The notes beneath the pieces were generated by a model, which saw only the letters and a list, made by a program, of their open reading frames with translations, searched no databases and was not told where the DNA came from. Shown in pieces: positions 32,001 to 40,394 of a stretch of DNA of 64,000 nucleotides. Origin of the DNA: Christensenella sp. UBA7862 (lineage in GTDB: Bacteria; Bacillota; Clostridia; Christensenellales; UBA1242); the NCBI GenBank assembly GCA_002500135.1, contig DLSM01000006.1:185488-249487 (forward strand), read 5' to 3'. A program made the position numbers and the translations under genes. Position 1 is the first letter of the stretch; the number at the start of each line of letters is the position of its first letter.

Positions 32001-35000
32001 TAGCCAACTTAAACTTAAACAAGCAGTGGGAGACGTGACACTTGCGGCAACAGTTGCAACATTCAAAGACGGCGTGGACAATTATTATATTGAAAGCAAA
32101 GGCGATATTACACTTAGTATAATCCTTGACGGCGAAGACGTGACCGATTGCTACGAATGGGCTTTGGGACGAAATGTGGCATATTATTTTGGTAAGAGTG
32201 TTATTGAAGTTAAAGTTGTGAAAAAGGGAGAAGATGTAACAACCGCCACAACAACTTACACTGGTGATGAAGTTGCGGACTTGTTTGAGCTTGTTTGCAC
32301 AAATGACACTTATTCAATAAGCAGCAAGAGCAACATTTCTTTCTATTATATTGACGAGCTGGGACAAGTTCTAACCTCAGCCCCAGCCAATGCGGGCAGT
32401 TACAGTGTTTTGCCAAAAGTAGATAGCGACCACAAACTTGTAATTGAGTATATCCTTGACGGCGAAACAAAAATAGTCGAGTTTTCCGAACTTCCACAAA
32501 CATCAAATCTATTTGTCGCAAGACTTCAAGAAGAAGGCTATTTGACAATTAGGAAAGCAGAAATTACAGTTGCAACGGATAAAGTGAAATTTGAAAACAC
32601 CTTGACTTATGGTGCAACAACTTTGCCAGACATTATGCTTGATTATCTTGATGGTGTTATATCAAAATATGTGTTCTCCGTCACCGAAAAGGGCGTTATA
32701 AAAGAAGCAGTGCTTAAAGAGTTTGACGGCAAGCACTACAAGGTTGCGGAAGGCGTTGAGGAAATTGCAACATTAAATGTTGGTCAATATACCTACACTC
32801 TGATTGTCCAGCCAGAAAGTGCAAACTACAACCCAGCAACCATTTATGCAACCCTCAGTATTGTGGCAAAAGAAGTCAAACTGACGGGCGGCTCGGCTGA
32901 AATTCCAGAAGACTTAATATATGACGGAACGACTAAAAATTGTGTTATAACTCCAACGTTTGACCTTGGAAATGTGCCTTATCGTTTGTCATACAGATAC
33001 TTAAGGCTTAAGCCAGAAAGCAGCGTTGACGGCGTTGACATAAAACTTAAAGTTTATGACTATGCAAACGGCAGTGTAAATCTTGAAAACTCATCACTCC
33101 TTGACGCCTCGGCAATTTCAAGTTCCGCAAACGAAGTGTCATATATGACAGTTGTCGTTGACGGCACAACATATGTCGTTCTAAACGGCACAAAGGCTGT
33201 GGAACTTGAGTCAAGCAATGTTTCTCCACAAGGGGCGGGTGTCTATCTTTGCGTGGCAACAATAAGTTCAGACGGTAACAACTATTCCATAACAAGAAAT
33301 GGCGGAAGTTGTGAAATTGCATTCTTGTATGAGATAAAGAAAAACGGCAATCTGACTTTTACATTTGGAAATAACGAATTCTTCTATGGCACAAACTTCA
33401 ATTTGATAGACCAAACCCGTGCAGACTTCCCATTTGAGTGTTCCGTTTCGCCAAACATAGGAGATTCACTTTTGTTTGTTGCAACAGACGGCTGGGGCGG
33501 CAACGACATTCTAGGCGTTGGGACTTATCAAGTGAAAGTCAAAGCAGTCACTCCAAACTTTTACAAAGACGAAACATTTGAATTCAAAGTCAAACCCTGT
33601 GTTGCAGAAATTGAGTTTCCACAAATAAACTCTTACGCTTACACGGGATACAAAATTGATTCATTCTTCTCAAATATCAAAATTAAACTCTACAACCACC
33701 GTGGCGAACTTTCATCAACCACAACACTTGCTGCGGCCATTGCGGATAATGATTTCCCTTGCCCAATTACAACCTCATTCTTTATGTTCAATGACGCTAT
33801 GGGCGACTATAGCATAAGCCTTGCAGAAAATAAGCAAGTTGACCTTGCAGGCAATGAGAACGTTGTTCCAGTTCTTGTAGGGAAATATCTTTTGGCTCTA
33901 ACAGTTGGCGGTGAAAACGCGAACTATTATGGCGTGTCAAATTATGAATATTCCATTTCAAAACCAGCATACACAGGCGAAATTACTGTCGTTACGAAAG
34001 AGGTGACTTACAATCCAAACATTTCACCACTTGGGCTATATAACATCATAAGATATGGCGATGAGTCCAAACTTTCTACCACAAATGGAATGTTCCGAAT
34101 TGACCTTACAGAGTCGCAATACACCTTGAATATCTATGTAAACGTGAACGGCACAGACATTGAACTTGACCCAGAAGCAACTGACGAAAACAGTTGGGTT
34201 AAATATGTTATGACTTGCCAAAACGGCGGCGTTGATCTTAAATTTGTGGTGACTTTTGACCCAGACCTCAACTTTGCCCCAGCGGAAGTTACAAGAAAAC
34301 TCGCCGTTGCAAAAAGAACAATATCAAAAGACAGCTTCTCTGAGCCTTCGGGCGTTACGGGATATTATTACAACGGACGTGAAGTTTATCATTCACTAAA
34401 ATACAGAGGCTTTGCTTCGCTTGACAAATTGTTAAGCCATGATACTCCTCGTGAATTTGTAAACGGCAGCGAAAAAGTCTATGTAAGTTACTATGACCAC
34501 ATGAAAATAGGCACCGACTATGCCTATGCTGTAGAAATAACAGACAAACTTGGCAACCTGATTGGACTTGTAGGCTTTATGTATTCTGACAACGGTGTCA
34601 AAATGGACAAGTGTCCAATAGTCCCAAGCGAAACTTACAGAGTTAAATATTACATCTCCATAAACGGCGACAACTATGCCAGTGCAGACGACATAAACCC
34701 AGATATCCCTGAATCATCTTGGGAAAGTACTTTTAGAATTAACAAAATTAGCCTTAGCATCCAAATTGAACGAAAAACAAAAGAATATTCAAATAGTTCG
34801 TTCTCCATTGAAGATTTCAAGTTGGAAGATAAAGACCTAAATGAAAACAATATTAAAATTACAGTTTCAAGCAAAGATGTTACAGACCTAAATGTTATAA
34901 TGTTGACCAGTGGAGATGTTCCAGTGTTTAATGGTTCAAGCAATATCGTTATTCTCGTTCGACTTTTGCTTGGCTCGGAAGTTATCTCGATTGAAAAAGG

Positions 35001-36198
35001 CAGCCCATCAGTTCTTGCCGTGGGTGATTACACTGTCCAAGTGTCACTTATCAACAGCACTAGTTACGACATAACAAAATTCTTCAACACAGTGACATTG
35101 TTTGAAAATGGCGCAGCCACAGAACGCACAGCCCAAGAAATTAAGGGCAGTGGTGGCAATGACGGAATGTTCACCTCTTGTGCTTCACAACTTCTGACAG
35201 TCAAACCAGTCAATTTCCAATATGAAACACTGGAAGACATGGTTAAGGCAAACAAAACAAATAGAGATAATAAAGACCCAGAACCAGTCGCCTACATTTT
35301 GCAAAACGGAAGAAAATATTTTTACTCAAAAGATGAAAATAAATTCATGCTTGAAAATGAAAATGGCGAGGGTTACACTGAGGCTAGCGATTTTGTTTCC
35401 AATAACATTGTAAAACTTGACAAGTTCACTACCATTGAACTCTCAGACGCTTACAAGGATACATACAAACTTGAATTTTACAAAAGGAATCCTGCATGGG
35501 AAACTACAAACGACCTCACAGCATACTCCTCACTTCAAGCACTTATCAAATCGCTTAAGGACAACATAAACGATGGTGTGACAGACGCAAACTGTGTCGT
35601 TAAATTTGTTGCAAAGAATGGCAACTTTGAAAGTAGCAACGAACTTAGATTCTTCCGCATAAAACTCTGCCCATGGAAGCCCGAAGATAATATAACTCAA
35701 GATTTTGAGTTAACAGAATACAATTCTGGCATACGCAGTGCCATTTGGAATGCAAGAAATGACACTCTCTTAAGCGGTGACGATTCGGATATCCAAACAG
35801 TGGAAGGTGGAGTGGCAACGAACTATATCGTCAAGCGTGTGAAATTCTATAACGTAGAAGGCATCAGACGCTTTGAATCTGACTTCTACAGAGTTAACAG
35901 AAATAATAAGGATGATAGCCAATCAGTCGATGCCTTTATGTTGCTATTCAAATGCACTACAGAAGAATCTATTGACGAATCTACTGGCAACGTAAATACA
36001 ACTATAACATTATCCTATGCTGGCTACGCAGATGACGAAGGCTCAGATATTGGTGGCCAATTTAACAAAGAAATCTCTGTTATAGGTGGAAATTCCTCTA
36101 ATGTTGATTACTTCATTGTCATTGGAACAAATTCCGTTGACGGCAATTACGCCTATTATTATAATCTTAAAATCACCAACTTAAACAAAACAAGTTAA
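29065..36198 (+). CDS. Giant surface lipoprotein with a Big_2-like domain and many Ig-like repeat modules (2,377 aa)
   Basis: The signal peptide plus lipobox is MKKKLLCLLFVLPLVFASIFMLSSC. The Big_2-like segment is VKIVPDKYTAEDLTWKCSPSNVATITSRGAL. Repeated YG(E/D/Q)... and Y(D/T)GT modules follow, related to those of the first giant protein. Confidence 0.88.
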   Translation: MKKKLLCLLFVLPLVFASIFMLSSCSCSEERLSSITLSLSGQDVTPTGKNTWTVLKRNKPYQVEVKIVPDKYTAEDLTWKCSPSNVATITSRGALSAKSEGWADVSAQYKNSNGELVYYAIKVYVSETKLPSFSSSDVDLTYEGMNLLESESATKLVPNNMSDNYECKYYEISTINGKKTVVETTEIVNAGEYVVECTRRSTQTLICSLNVHVLPAAIPTLIDVPNVTSVYGDESFDKVFANGDEVDFENGTLLFGIGADSDREIGKCVFVTKATLTSGVGSYAVETQVKYSTEQDEKNYKFVYTKGTHTITPRKLAVKVLNKTISYGEEIDRIEYELYDNKEYIENGNSFDGLNKISSSLVSYAQNISSSSFVLKIGNKTVAKNAYNQYDVLWNEDVVAEYDLVANFVCSGNVQVENSSPSKLKINPKDITVTPTSRSKIYGEKDEAEYYTGSYSSGVVDENEIVPFVFVSFNTTLNLGEGNMLAPVGTYYYSIDNTKNKNYNFTLTSDAKPTSTGARIVYEVTPVEIVLQFKDVSDVYYIATENVGLDGDGYILEKVEILVVSEELVAQNEDCSQVFTDGKLSLVGDDKMEFRFRLDEVANSDKNSYKKFKLAMREYTFSDANSKKENYRVTLRDSYITTKREKLTVTPNIKPYFETGYTATRVYDGTNVTLDDEFYKSFTLKGNFINGETAQDVLPQDTKLLTLQSDGQYVKALPSGEILVGEMKDCGKYKIMLDGTVTVNAGMEHYELVFDTSRTYFFEITQKQVHVTLNSSTTVTIDGVPYPSISKIYGQDDPVFEFKVLEEITGSGSGTLGRTRTGKDSEVVGNYTLSLGDVSLGENYSVVLDTCYLVILPREVLVTPTSPVVTYGSDIELNQYSYEISHSVPFDENLTNIPTFAGMFILQKDDENVTRKTCYKVGTYDIAQGTFDCTSSNYTLTFVSGSTYTVNAKKAVLDILPTSNADKNSTPIQNATLGDSQLKLKQAVGDVTLAATVATFKDGVDNYYIESKGDITLSIILDGEDVTDCYEWALGRNVAYYFGKSVIEVKVVKKGEDVTTATTTYTGDEVADLFELVCTNDTYSISSKSNISFYYIDELGQVLTSAPANAGSYSVLPKVDSDHKLVIEYILDGETKIVEFSELPQTSNLFVARLQEEGYLTIRKAEITVATDKVKFENTLTYGATTLPDIMLDYLDGVISKYVFSVTEKGVIKEAVLKEFDGKHYKVAEGVEEIATLNVGQYTYTLIVQPESANYNPATIYATLSIVAKEVKLTGGSAEIPEDLIYDGTTKNCVITPTFDLGNVPYRLSYRYLRLKPESSVDGVDIKLKVYDYANGSVNLENSSLLDASAISSSANEVSYMTVVVDGTTYVVLNGTKAVELESSNVSPQGAGVYLCVATISSDGNNYSITRNGGSCEIAFLYEIKKNGNLTFTFGNNEFFYGTNFNLIDQTRADFPFECSVSPNIGDSLLFVATDGWGGNDILGVGTYQVKVKAVTPNFYKDETFEFKVKPCVAEIEFPQINSYAYTGYKIDSFFSNIKIKLYNHRGELSSTTTLAAAIADNDFPCPITTSFFMFNDAMGDYSISLAENKQVDLAGNENVVPVLVGKYLLALTVGGENANYYGVSNYEYSISKPAYTGEITVVTKEVTYNPNISPLGLYNIIRYGDESKLSTTNGMFRIDLTESQYTLNIYVNVNGTDIELDPEATDENSWVKYVMTCQNGGVDLKFVVTFDPDLNFAPAEVTRKLAVAKRTISKDSFSEPSGVTGYYYNGREVYHSLKYRGFASLDKLLSHDTPREFVNGSEKVYVSYYDHMKIGTDYAYAVEITDKLGNLIGLVGFMYSDNGVKMDKCPIVPSETYRVKYYISINGDNYASADDINPDIPESSWESTFRINKISLSIQIERKTKEYSNSSFSIEDFKLEDKDLNENNIKITVSSKDVTDLNVIMLTSGDVPVFNGSSNIVILVRLLLGSEVISIEKGSPSVLAVGDYTVQVSLINSTSYDITKFFNTVTLFENGAATERTAQEIKGSGGNDGMFTSCASQLLTVKPVNFQYETLEDMVKANKTNRDNKDPEPVAYILQNGRKYFYSKDENKFMLENENGEGYTEASDFVSNNIVKLDKFTTIELSDAYKDTYKLEFYKRNPAWETTNDLTAYSSLQALIKSLKDNINDGVTDANCVVKFVAKNGNFESSNELRFFRIKLCPWKPEDNITQDFELTEYNSGIRSAIWNARNDTLLSGDDSDIQTVEGGVATNYIVKRVKFYNVEGIRRFESDFYRVNRNNKDDSQSVDAFMLLFKCTTEESIDESTGNVNTTITLSYAGYADDEGSDIGGQFNKEISVIGGNSSNVDYFIVIGTNSVDGNYAYYYNLKITNLNKTS

Positions 36199-36211
36199 TA
36201 GAATTCGCTTC

Positions 36212-36246
36212 AAAAAACTCACTACTCAAACGAGGGTGAGTTTTTT
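36212..36246. terminator. Bidirectional terminator between the lipoprotein gene (+) and the collagen-like gene (-)
   Basis: AAAAAACTCAC...GTGAGTTTTTT, with an inner CTC/GAG extension and A-runs and T-runs on both sides. Confidence 0.7.
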
Positions 36247-36250
36247 GTTG

Positions 36251-36285
36251 GGTTTGACGATGAGTAGATTTAATTTTCTTTTTTA
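36251..36285 (+). repeat. Orphan 35-nt copy (32/35 identical) of the IS200 5'-UTR segment
   Basis: GGTTTGACGATGAGTAGATTTAATTTTCTTTTTTA here versus GGTTTACCGATGAGTAGATTTAATTTTCTCTTTTA at 19979-20013. No transposase ORF is adjacent. Confidence 0.7.
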
Positions 36286-36321
36286 CTGCTATAGATAAAT
36301 GTTTGCAAACGGCTTTATATC

Positions 36322-37464
36322 TTAGAACAATCTGATAATAACCAGCGACACCATAGGCACTGTAAAATAGGAGTTTGAAACCGTCTGAGTTACGTCCGCT
36401 CCGTTTATATAAATGCTCCTCTTGTGAGTGTTTACAAGTTCATAAAGACTTGTCGTGTCGTTCACGACCAGCAGCCCTTGCCCAGAAATGTTGTGTGCCA
36501 CTTCTTCATTGCTCCAAGTGTTCGCCGAGGCAATAATTCTGTCCGTGCCATTTTCCCGAAATGACACCGCCACAAAATCTACTTGCGGGTTGAAATCGGC
36601 GTCTGCTTTTTTGATATATGCGTTTGTTACAAAGGACACATAATAAAGCCCCGTTTGCTTGAATTGAATTGTGTTTTGGTCGCTGTCCAAGGTGATAATG
36701 TCTTCGTGATGAGCCTCCATTCTATTCAGCGGCAACCTTGCATTGCTTGTAATTTCCATGCCCGCAACGGGGAAGGTGTTTGGGTCGTCATTGTAGGACA
36801 AAACAAACGCACAAGGAATGGACAACGGACCCGCGGGACCTTGCTCGCCTCTGTCACCCTTTGCCCCTTGAGGACCAACATCACCTGTGTCACCTTTGTC
36901 CCCTCGTTCGCCGGGGAAGCCTTGAGGACCACGCTCGCCCGTGTCACCCTTGTCACCGGGGAAGCCTCGTGGAATTTTGAAATCAAACACAAGAGTGTCG
37001 TCAAGCGTTCTGCTGGTGACTTCGGCTGCGTCTTCGGGGTTGAGTGTTGTCACGTCACCCGCTTGAATTTTCTGAGAGTTGCCAGTTTCGCCTTTTGGAA
37101 TAAAGAAGTCAAGAAAAATGCGGTCACCCTCTTTGGAAGAAACAACTTTTGCGTCTTCGTCTGGACCCATTGTCACCGTTGACCTAACTTCAAGTTCGCT
37201 TGCGTCCGCTCCACTAGGTCCCGTAGGACCAGTTGGACCCGTAGGACCAGTCGCACCAGTTAGCCCCATAGCCCCTTGCGCTCCACGCTCCCCAGGCACA
37301 CCCGTTGCCCCTTGTGGACCAATAGGACCTGTTGGGCCTGTTGGACCACGCATACCCATAGGACCTGTTGGACCCGTGGCACCCCCGCCACTTTGCGTTG
37401 CCCCAGGGCATATTGTCCCACTTGTTGTGGACAGTTCGCAACATTCTTTATACATATCTGCCAT
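36322..37464 (-). CDS. Collagen-like triple-helix-repeat protein with a C-terminal globular (BclA/C1q-like) domain (380 aa)
   Basis: Two G-X-Y tracts are present: GPTGPMGMRGPTGPTGPIGPQGATGVPGERGAQGAMGLTGATGPTGPTGPTGPSG and GFPGDKGDTGERGPQGFPGERGDKGDTGDVGPQGAKGDRGEQGPAGP. They are separated by a spacer carrying the duplicated motif IFLDFFIPKGETG / LVFDFKIPRGFPG. The C-terminal domain of about 165 aa is beta-rich. The N-terminus is Cys-rich (MADMYKECCELSTTSGTIC). Confidence 0.9.
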   Translation of the reverse strand: MADMYKECCELSTTSGTICPGATQSGGGATGPTGPMGMRGPTGPTGPIGPQGATGVPGERGAQGAMGLTGATGPTGPTGPTGPSGADASELEVRSTVTMGPDEDAKVVSSKEGDRIFLDFFIPKGETGNSQKIQAGDVTTLNPEDAAEVTSRTLDDTLVFDFKIPRGFPGDKGDTGERGPQGFPGERGDKGDTGDVGPQGAKGDRGEQGPAGPLSIPCAFVLSYNDDPNTFPVAGMEITSNARLPLNRMEAHHEDIITLDSDQNTIQFKQTGLYYVSFVTNAYIKKADADFNPQVDFVAVSFRENGTDRIIASANTWSNEEVAHNISGQGLLVVNDTTSLYELVNTHKRSIYINGADVTQTVSNSYFTVPMVSLVIIRLF

Positions 37465-37613
37465 AGCAATCTCCTAAACTTTCTATGGCATTATATTTCC
37501 ACCCCGCATTTTTTGTGAATTTCTAAAATAACCAATATATATTAAGTTGCAATTCCTTCAAAACAATTCACATTTTCGCCCCGTGAAGTCTATTATAATG
37601 TAAAGGAGATATT

Positions 37614-38396
37614 ATGGCAAAAATAGAAAACCAGTCCAAAGTGACATCAAAATATCAACTTCCAGACATGACGGAAAAACAATCGGAAACAATGAGCAAT
37701 GTGTCCACAACGGAGAACATGACAACCTCATTTTTGAAAACACGGCTCTCGGCAAAAGAAGTCGCAGAACCAGGTGGGGAAGTGCAGCAAACAATCACAC
37801 TCACAAACAACTCAGAGTTTCAGATTTTTGATATTTTAGTTAAGGAAACTATTAACGATTTAGGCGGCAGCAAGCAGAAAGAAAACAGTCTTATGATTGA
37901 TGGCGTTTCAAAACCGGGCGAAGATATTTTTACGGGCATAGGGCTTGACCCAATAGAAAAAAATACATCACGAACAATCACATATACCCTAGTCATTCCC
38001 GACCAACCCACCCAAGATATGCTAAAACTTAAAACAGAAATAACTTACTCCGTCAATGAAGTTTCAAACCTAAAAGAATACACCAACGAGAGTGATATAT
38101 CAGTTGTCGAAGCGGCAATAACCATAAATAAAACAAGTGACGTGACAGCAGTTATCGAGGGCGGAACAATAACCTTTATGCACGAAATTAAAAATGAAGG
38201 CAACACCAAACACACCGACCTTTTCTTCACCGACCAGTTGCCACAAGGTGTAACTTTTGTTCCAGGAAGTGTTACAGTTGATGATGTAGAAAAGGAGGAC
38301 TTTGACCCAGTGGCAGGCTTCAACTTGGGTGAACTTGACGTGTTTAAGACAATCGTTGTTAAGTTCGATGTCACAGTCAACAAGTCGCAAGTGTGA
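37614..38396 (+). CDS. DUF11-like (conserved repeat domain) protein, two repeats, no obvious signal peptide (260 aa)
   Basis: GGEVQQTITLTNNSEFQIFDILVKETIN and ITINKTSDVTAVIEGGTITFMHEIKNEGNTKHTDLFFTDQLPQGVTFVPGSVTVDD resemble the DUF11/CARDB-type repeat. The RBS is AAAGGAG. Confidence 0.65.
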   Translation: MAKIENQSKVTSKYQLPDMTEKQSETMSNVSTTENMTTSFLKTRLSAKEVAEPGGEVQQTITLTNNSEFQIFDILVKETINDLGGSKQKENSLMIDGVSKPGEDIFTGIGLDPIEKNTSRTITYTLVIPDQPTQDMLKLKTEITYSVNEVSNLKEYTNESDISVVEAAITINKTSDVTAVIEGGTITFMHEIKNEGNTKHTDLFFTDQLPQGVTFVPGSVTVDDVEKEDFDPVAGFNLGELDVFKTIVVKFDVTVNKSQV

Positions 38397-38397
38397 T

Positions 38398-38757
38398 ATG
38401 GAAAACAATTTTAAAATTCTCACTTTCCAATCAAAAATTTCATGCAAGCGTGACGGAATCCCCGTTATGTATTTTTCAAACATTGTGGAAATAAAATGCT
38501 ACGACATAACAAGAACTTCCTCAGATTTTGAGATAAAAAAGCAACCAACATGTGCCACCTATCCACCATGCTTTTGCGACAAAAAGAGAACTCCTTGCAG
38601 TTTCCCACAACAACGCAAGTCATGCGACTCAGCGGGCAGACAGACAAAAAGTTGCACCAAGAAACCTACACGTATGCTTCCATCATATCCACAAAAGAGT
38701 GAATATATCTCTAGCACCCCTCGCATTGTACAAAAGCCTAACCATTGCAAGAAATAA
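38398..38757 (+). CDS. Small basic Cys/Pro/Lys-rich hypothetical protein (119 aa)
   Basis: The ATG lies 1 nt after the DUF11-like stop (TGATATG). The C-terminal half, TCATYPPCFCDKKRTPCSFPQQRKSCDSAGRQTKSCTKKPTR, has 9 Cys. No family was recognised. Confidence 0.45.
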   Translation: MENNFKILTFQSKISCKRDGIPVMYFSNIVEIKCYDITRTSSDFEIKKQPTCATYPPCFCDKKRTPCSFPQQRKSCDSAGRQTKSCTKKPTRMLPSYPQKSEYISSTPRIVQKPNHCKK

Positions 38758-38980
38758 GAAGATATTTGCCTTATTCGACCGTATGGTCGAGGAAAAATAT
38801 TGCCATATATCGCAATATAAATGTTGGTCAAAATATATATAATTGCACGTCAGACTATGCGTTCGGAAGTTAAAAATATTTGCCGATTATTAAATATTCA
38901 AGCGATATACAAGTGATTATTCCTCATAGTTACATAATTACGAACAGTCGGACTGCAACCCGAATAATAAGTCGAAAATA

Positions 38981-39012
38981 AAACAAAAAACAAGCCAAAT
39001 TTAGGCTTGTCT
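38981..39012 (-). terminator. tsaC terminator
   Basis: On the minus strand: ACAAGCC-TAAATTT-GGCTTGT followed by TTTTTGTTTT, starting 9 nt after the stop. Confidence 0.75.
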
Positions 39013-39020
39013 TTATCATA

Positions 39021-40025
39021 TTAAACCAATCTTCCACTTGCAGATTTTATCATTCTGTTAAAAAGTGCGTCTTGCATATCGCCCTCTGCAATGAACTCTG
39101 CCAAGATTATGTCATAGTCATTTTCCACATTGCGAAGTGTCTTAAAGATATTTTTGCATGCGTCTTCAGACGTCTTGCCAAGAATAACTTTGTCCTTTCC
39201 GTCAAGATGTTTTGCCGTGTCCTTTGAGCAAAGTATAATAGGCTTTTTGCCTTGCGACACGAAGTTTTCATAAAGAGTATTTATGTTTTTCACCACATCA
39301 TTTTTAATCAAAATCATTTCGCACTTTGGACAATAATGAGTGTATTTTGTCCCAGGGCTTTCGGCAACTTTTGTTTCGGTGGTGTTCAGTTTGTCAACAA
39401 CGGGAACTTTCAAAATTTTGGTTAACGCTCGAGCGGAAAACTTCCCAGGACGGAGAATATACACTATGTTATTTTCCACCTTGCACACCGTGCTTTCAAC
39501 GCCAATCTTGCAACTTCCGCCGTCAATAATCGCAGGAATTTTTCCGTCCATGTCAGCAAGCACGTCCTTGGCTCTTGTTGGACTTGGGCGTTTTGAAGTG
39601 TTTGCACTTGGGGCACAAATAGGGAGTTTTGTTGCACGAATGAATTTTCTTGCAGTCTTGTTTATCGGAATTCTGATGGCCACCGTGGACAAGCCGCACG
39701 TCACCACATCGCTAATATTTTCACGCTTGTGAAGTATCAAACTAATAGGCCCAGGCATGCACTTTTTTATAATCATTCTTTCAATGTCGTTCGACACCAC
39801 AGCAAAATTTTCAATCTGCTTCCTATCCGCCAAATGTACAATCAGCGGATTATCTTGCGGACGACCTTTCACCTCAAAAATCTTCTTCACCGCCGCCGCA
39901 TTTGTCGCATCAGCCCCCAACCCATACACCGTTTCAGTAGGGAACGACACCAGCCCGCCATTTTTCACAATCTCCACACATTCCCCACAAAACTTCCTCG
40001 TCAACTTCTCAACTTTTGTTTCCAT
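39021..40025 (-). CDS. tsaC: L-threonylcarbamoyladenylate synthase (Sua5/YwlC-type: YrdC domain plus Sua5 C-terminal domain)
   Basis: GGLVSFPTETVYGLGADATN, IFEVKGRPQDNPLIVH, SAPSANTS. Length is 334 aa. Confidence 0.9.
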   Translation of the reverse strand: METKVEKLTRKFCGECVEIVKNGGLVSFPTETVYGLGADATNAAAVKKIFEVKGRPQDNPLIVHLADRKQIENFAVVSNDIERMIIKKCMPGPISLILHKRENISDVVTCGLSTVAIRIPINKTARKFIRATKLPICAPSANTSKRPSPTRAKDVLADMDGKIPAIIDGGSCKIGVESTVCKVENNIVYILRPGKFSARALTKILKVPVVDKLNTTETKVAESPGTKYTHYCPKCEMILIKNDVVKNINTLYENFVSQGKKPIILCSKDTAKHLDGKDKVILGKTSEDACKNIFKTLRNVENDYDIILAEFIAEGDMQDALFNRMIKSASGRLV

Positions 40026-40309
40026 TTTTTTCTCCTATCATATTTCTGTAATTTTAAGCCTCTTCAAAATATTCCTTTCTTTTAAATATCTTACTCAGAC
40101 GACCAAATCTATTCTTAAAGTCGTGTAAAAGCCATTTCCCCTATTTCTCAAAACTTATTAAAATTAAATTCATCAAGATTATATCACATAAAATATTTTT
40201 TGTATCCTTTTCTTGATAAAAAGAATGTGACGGCAGTATGGATGTTTTATTTTCTAAATATCTGTGTATAAAAAGTTGTGTAATATTATGTATTATTTTG
40301 TCGAATAGG

Positions 40310-40337
40310 TTGAGAATGTGTAGATTTATGTTATACT
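40310..40337 (+). promoter_or_regulatory. Candidate cas9 promoter (upstream of, and convergent with, the tracrRNA gene)
   Basis: TTGAGA (40310-40315), 16 nt, then the extended -10 TGtTATACT (40329-40337). It is the only good rightward sigma-70 match between tsaC and cas9. Confidence 0.4.
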
Positions 40338-40394
40338 ACATGTGATATTTGGAAAAATATGGGAAATTTATGCGATAAAACAACAAATTTTTTT

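Noticed and set aside
76-36198. Dozens of 60-140-aa ORFs on both strands inside the giant surface-protein genes (for example 18968-19378 minus and 10614-10907 minus)
   Set aside because: They are embedded in long, uninterrupted, domain-rich ORFs. They have no RBS and only low-complexity translations, the expected noise in biased-composition genes.
37079-37477. Plus-strand ORF rich in PVGPVGPVGP, and other ORFs overlapping the collagen-like gene (36583-37182, 37276-37518, etc.)
   Set aside because: These are an antisense or frameshifted reading of GGN-CCN collagen codons. The minus-strand G-X-Y frame, with an RBS and a C-terminal globular domain, is the real gene.
38758-39020. Possible small RNA or riboswitch in the 263-bp gap downstream of the Cys-rich gene
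   Set aside because: It holds only short hairpins (TCGACC-GTAT-GGTCGA and ATATTGC-N8-GCAATAT) and the tsaC terminator. I could not recognise a conserved motif, and no promoter-terminator pair delimits a transcript.
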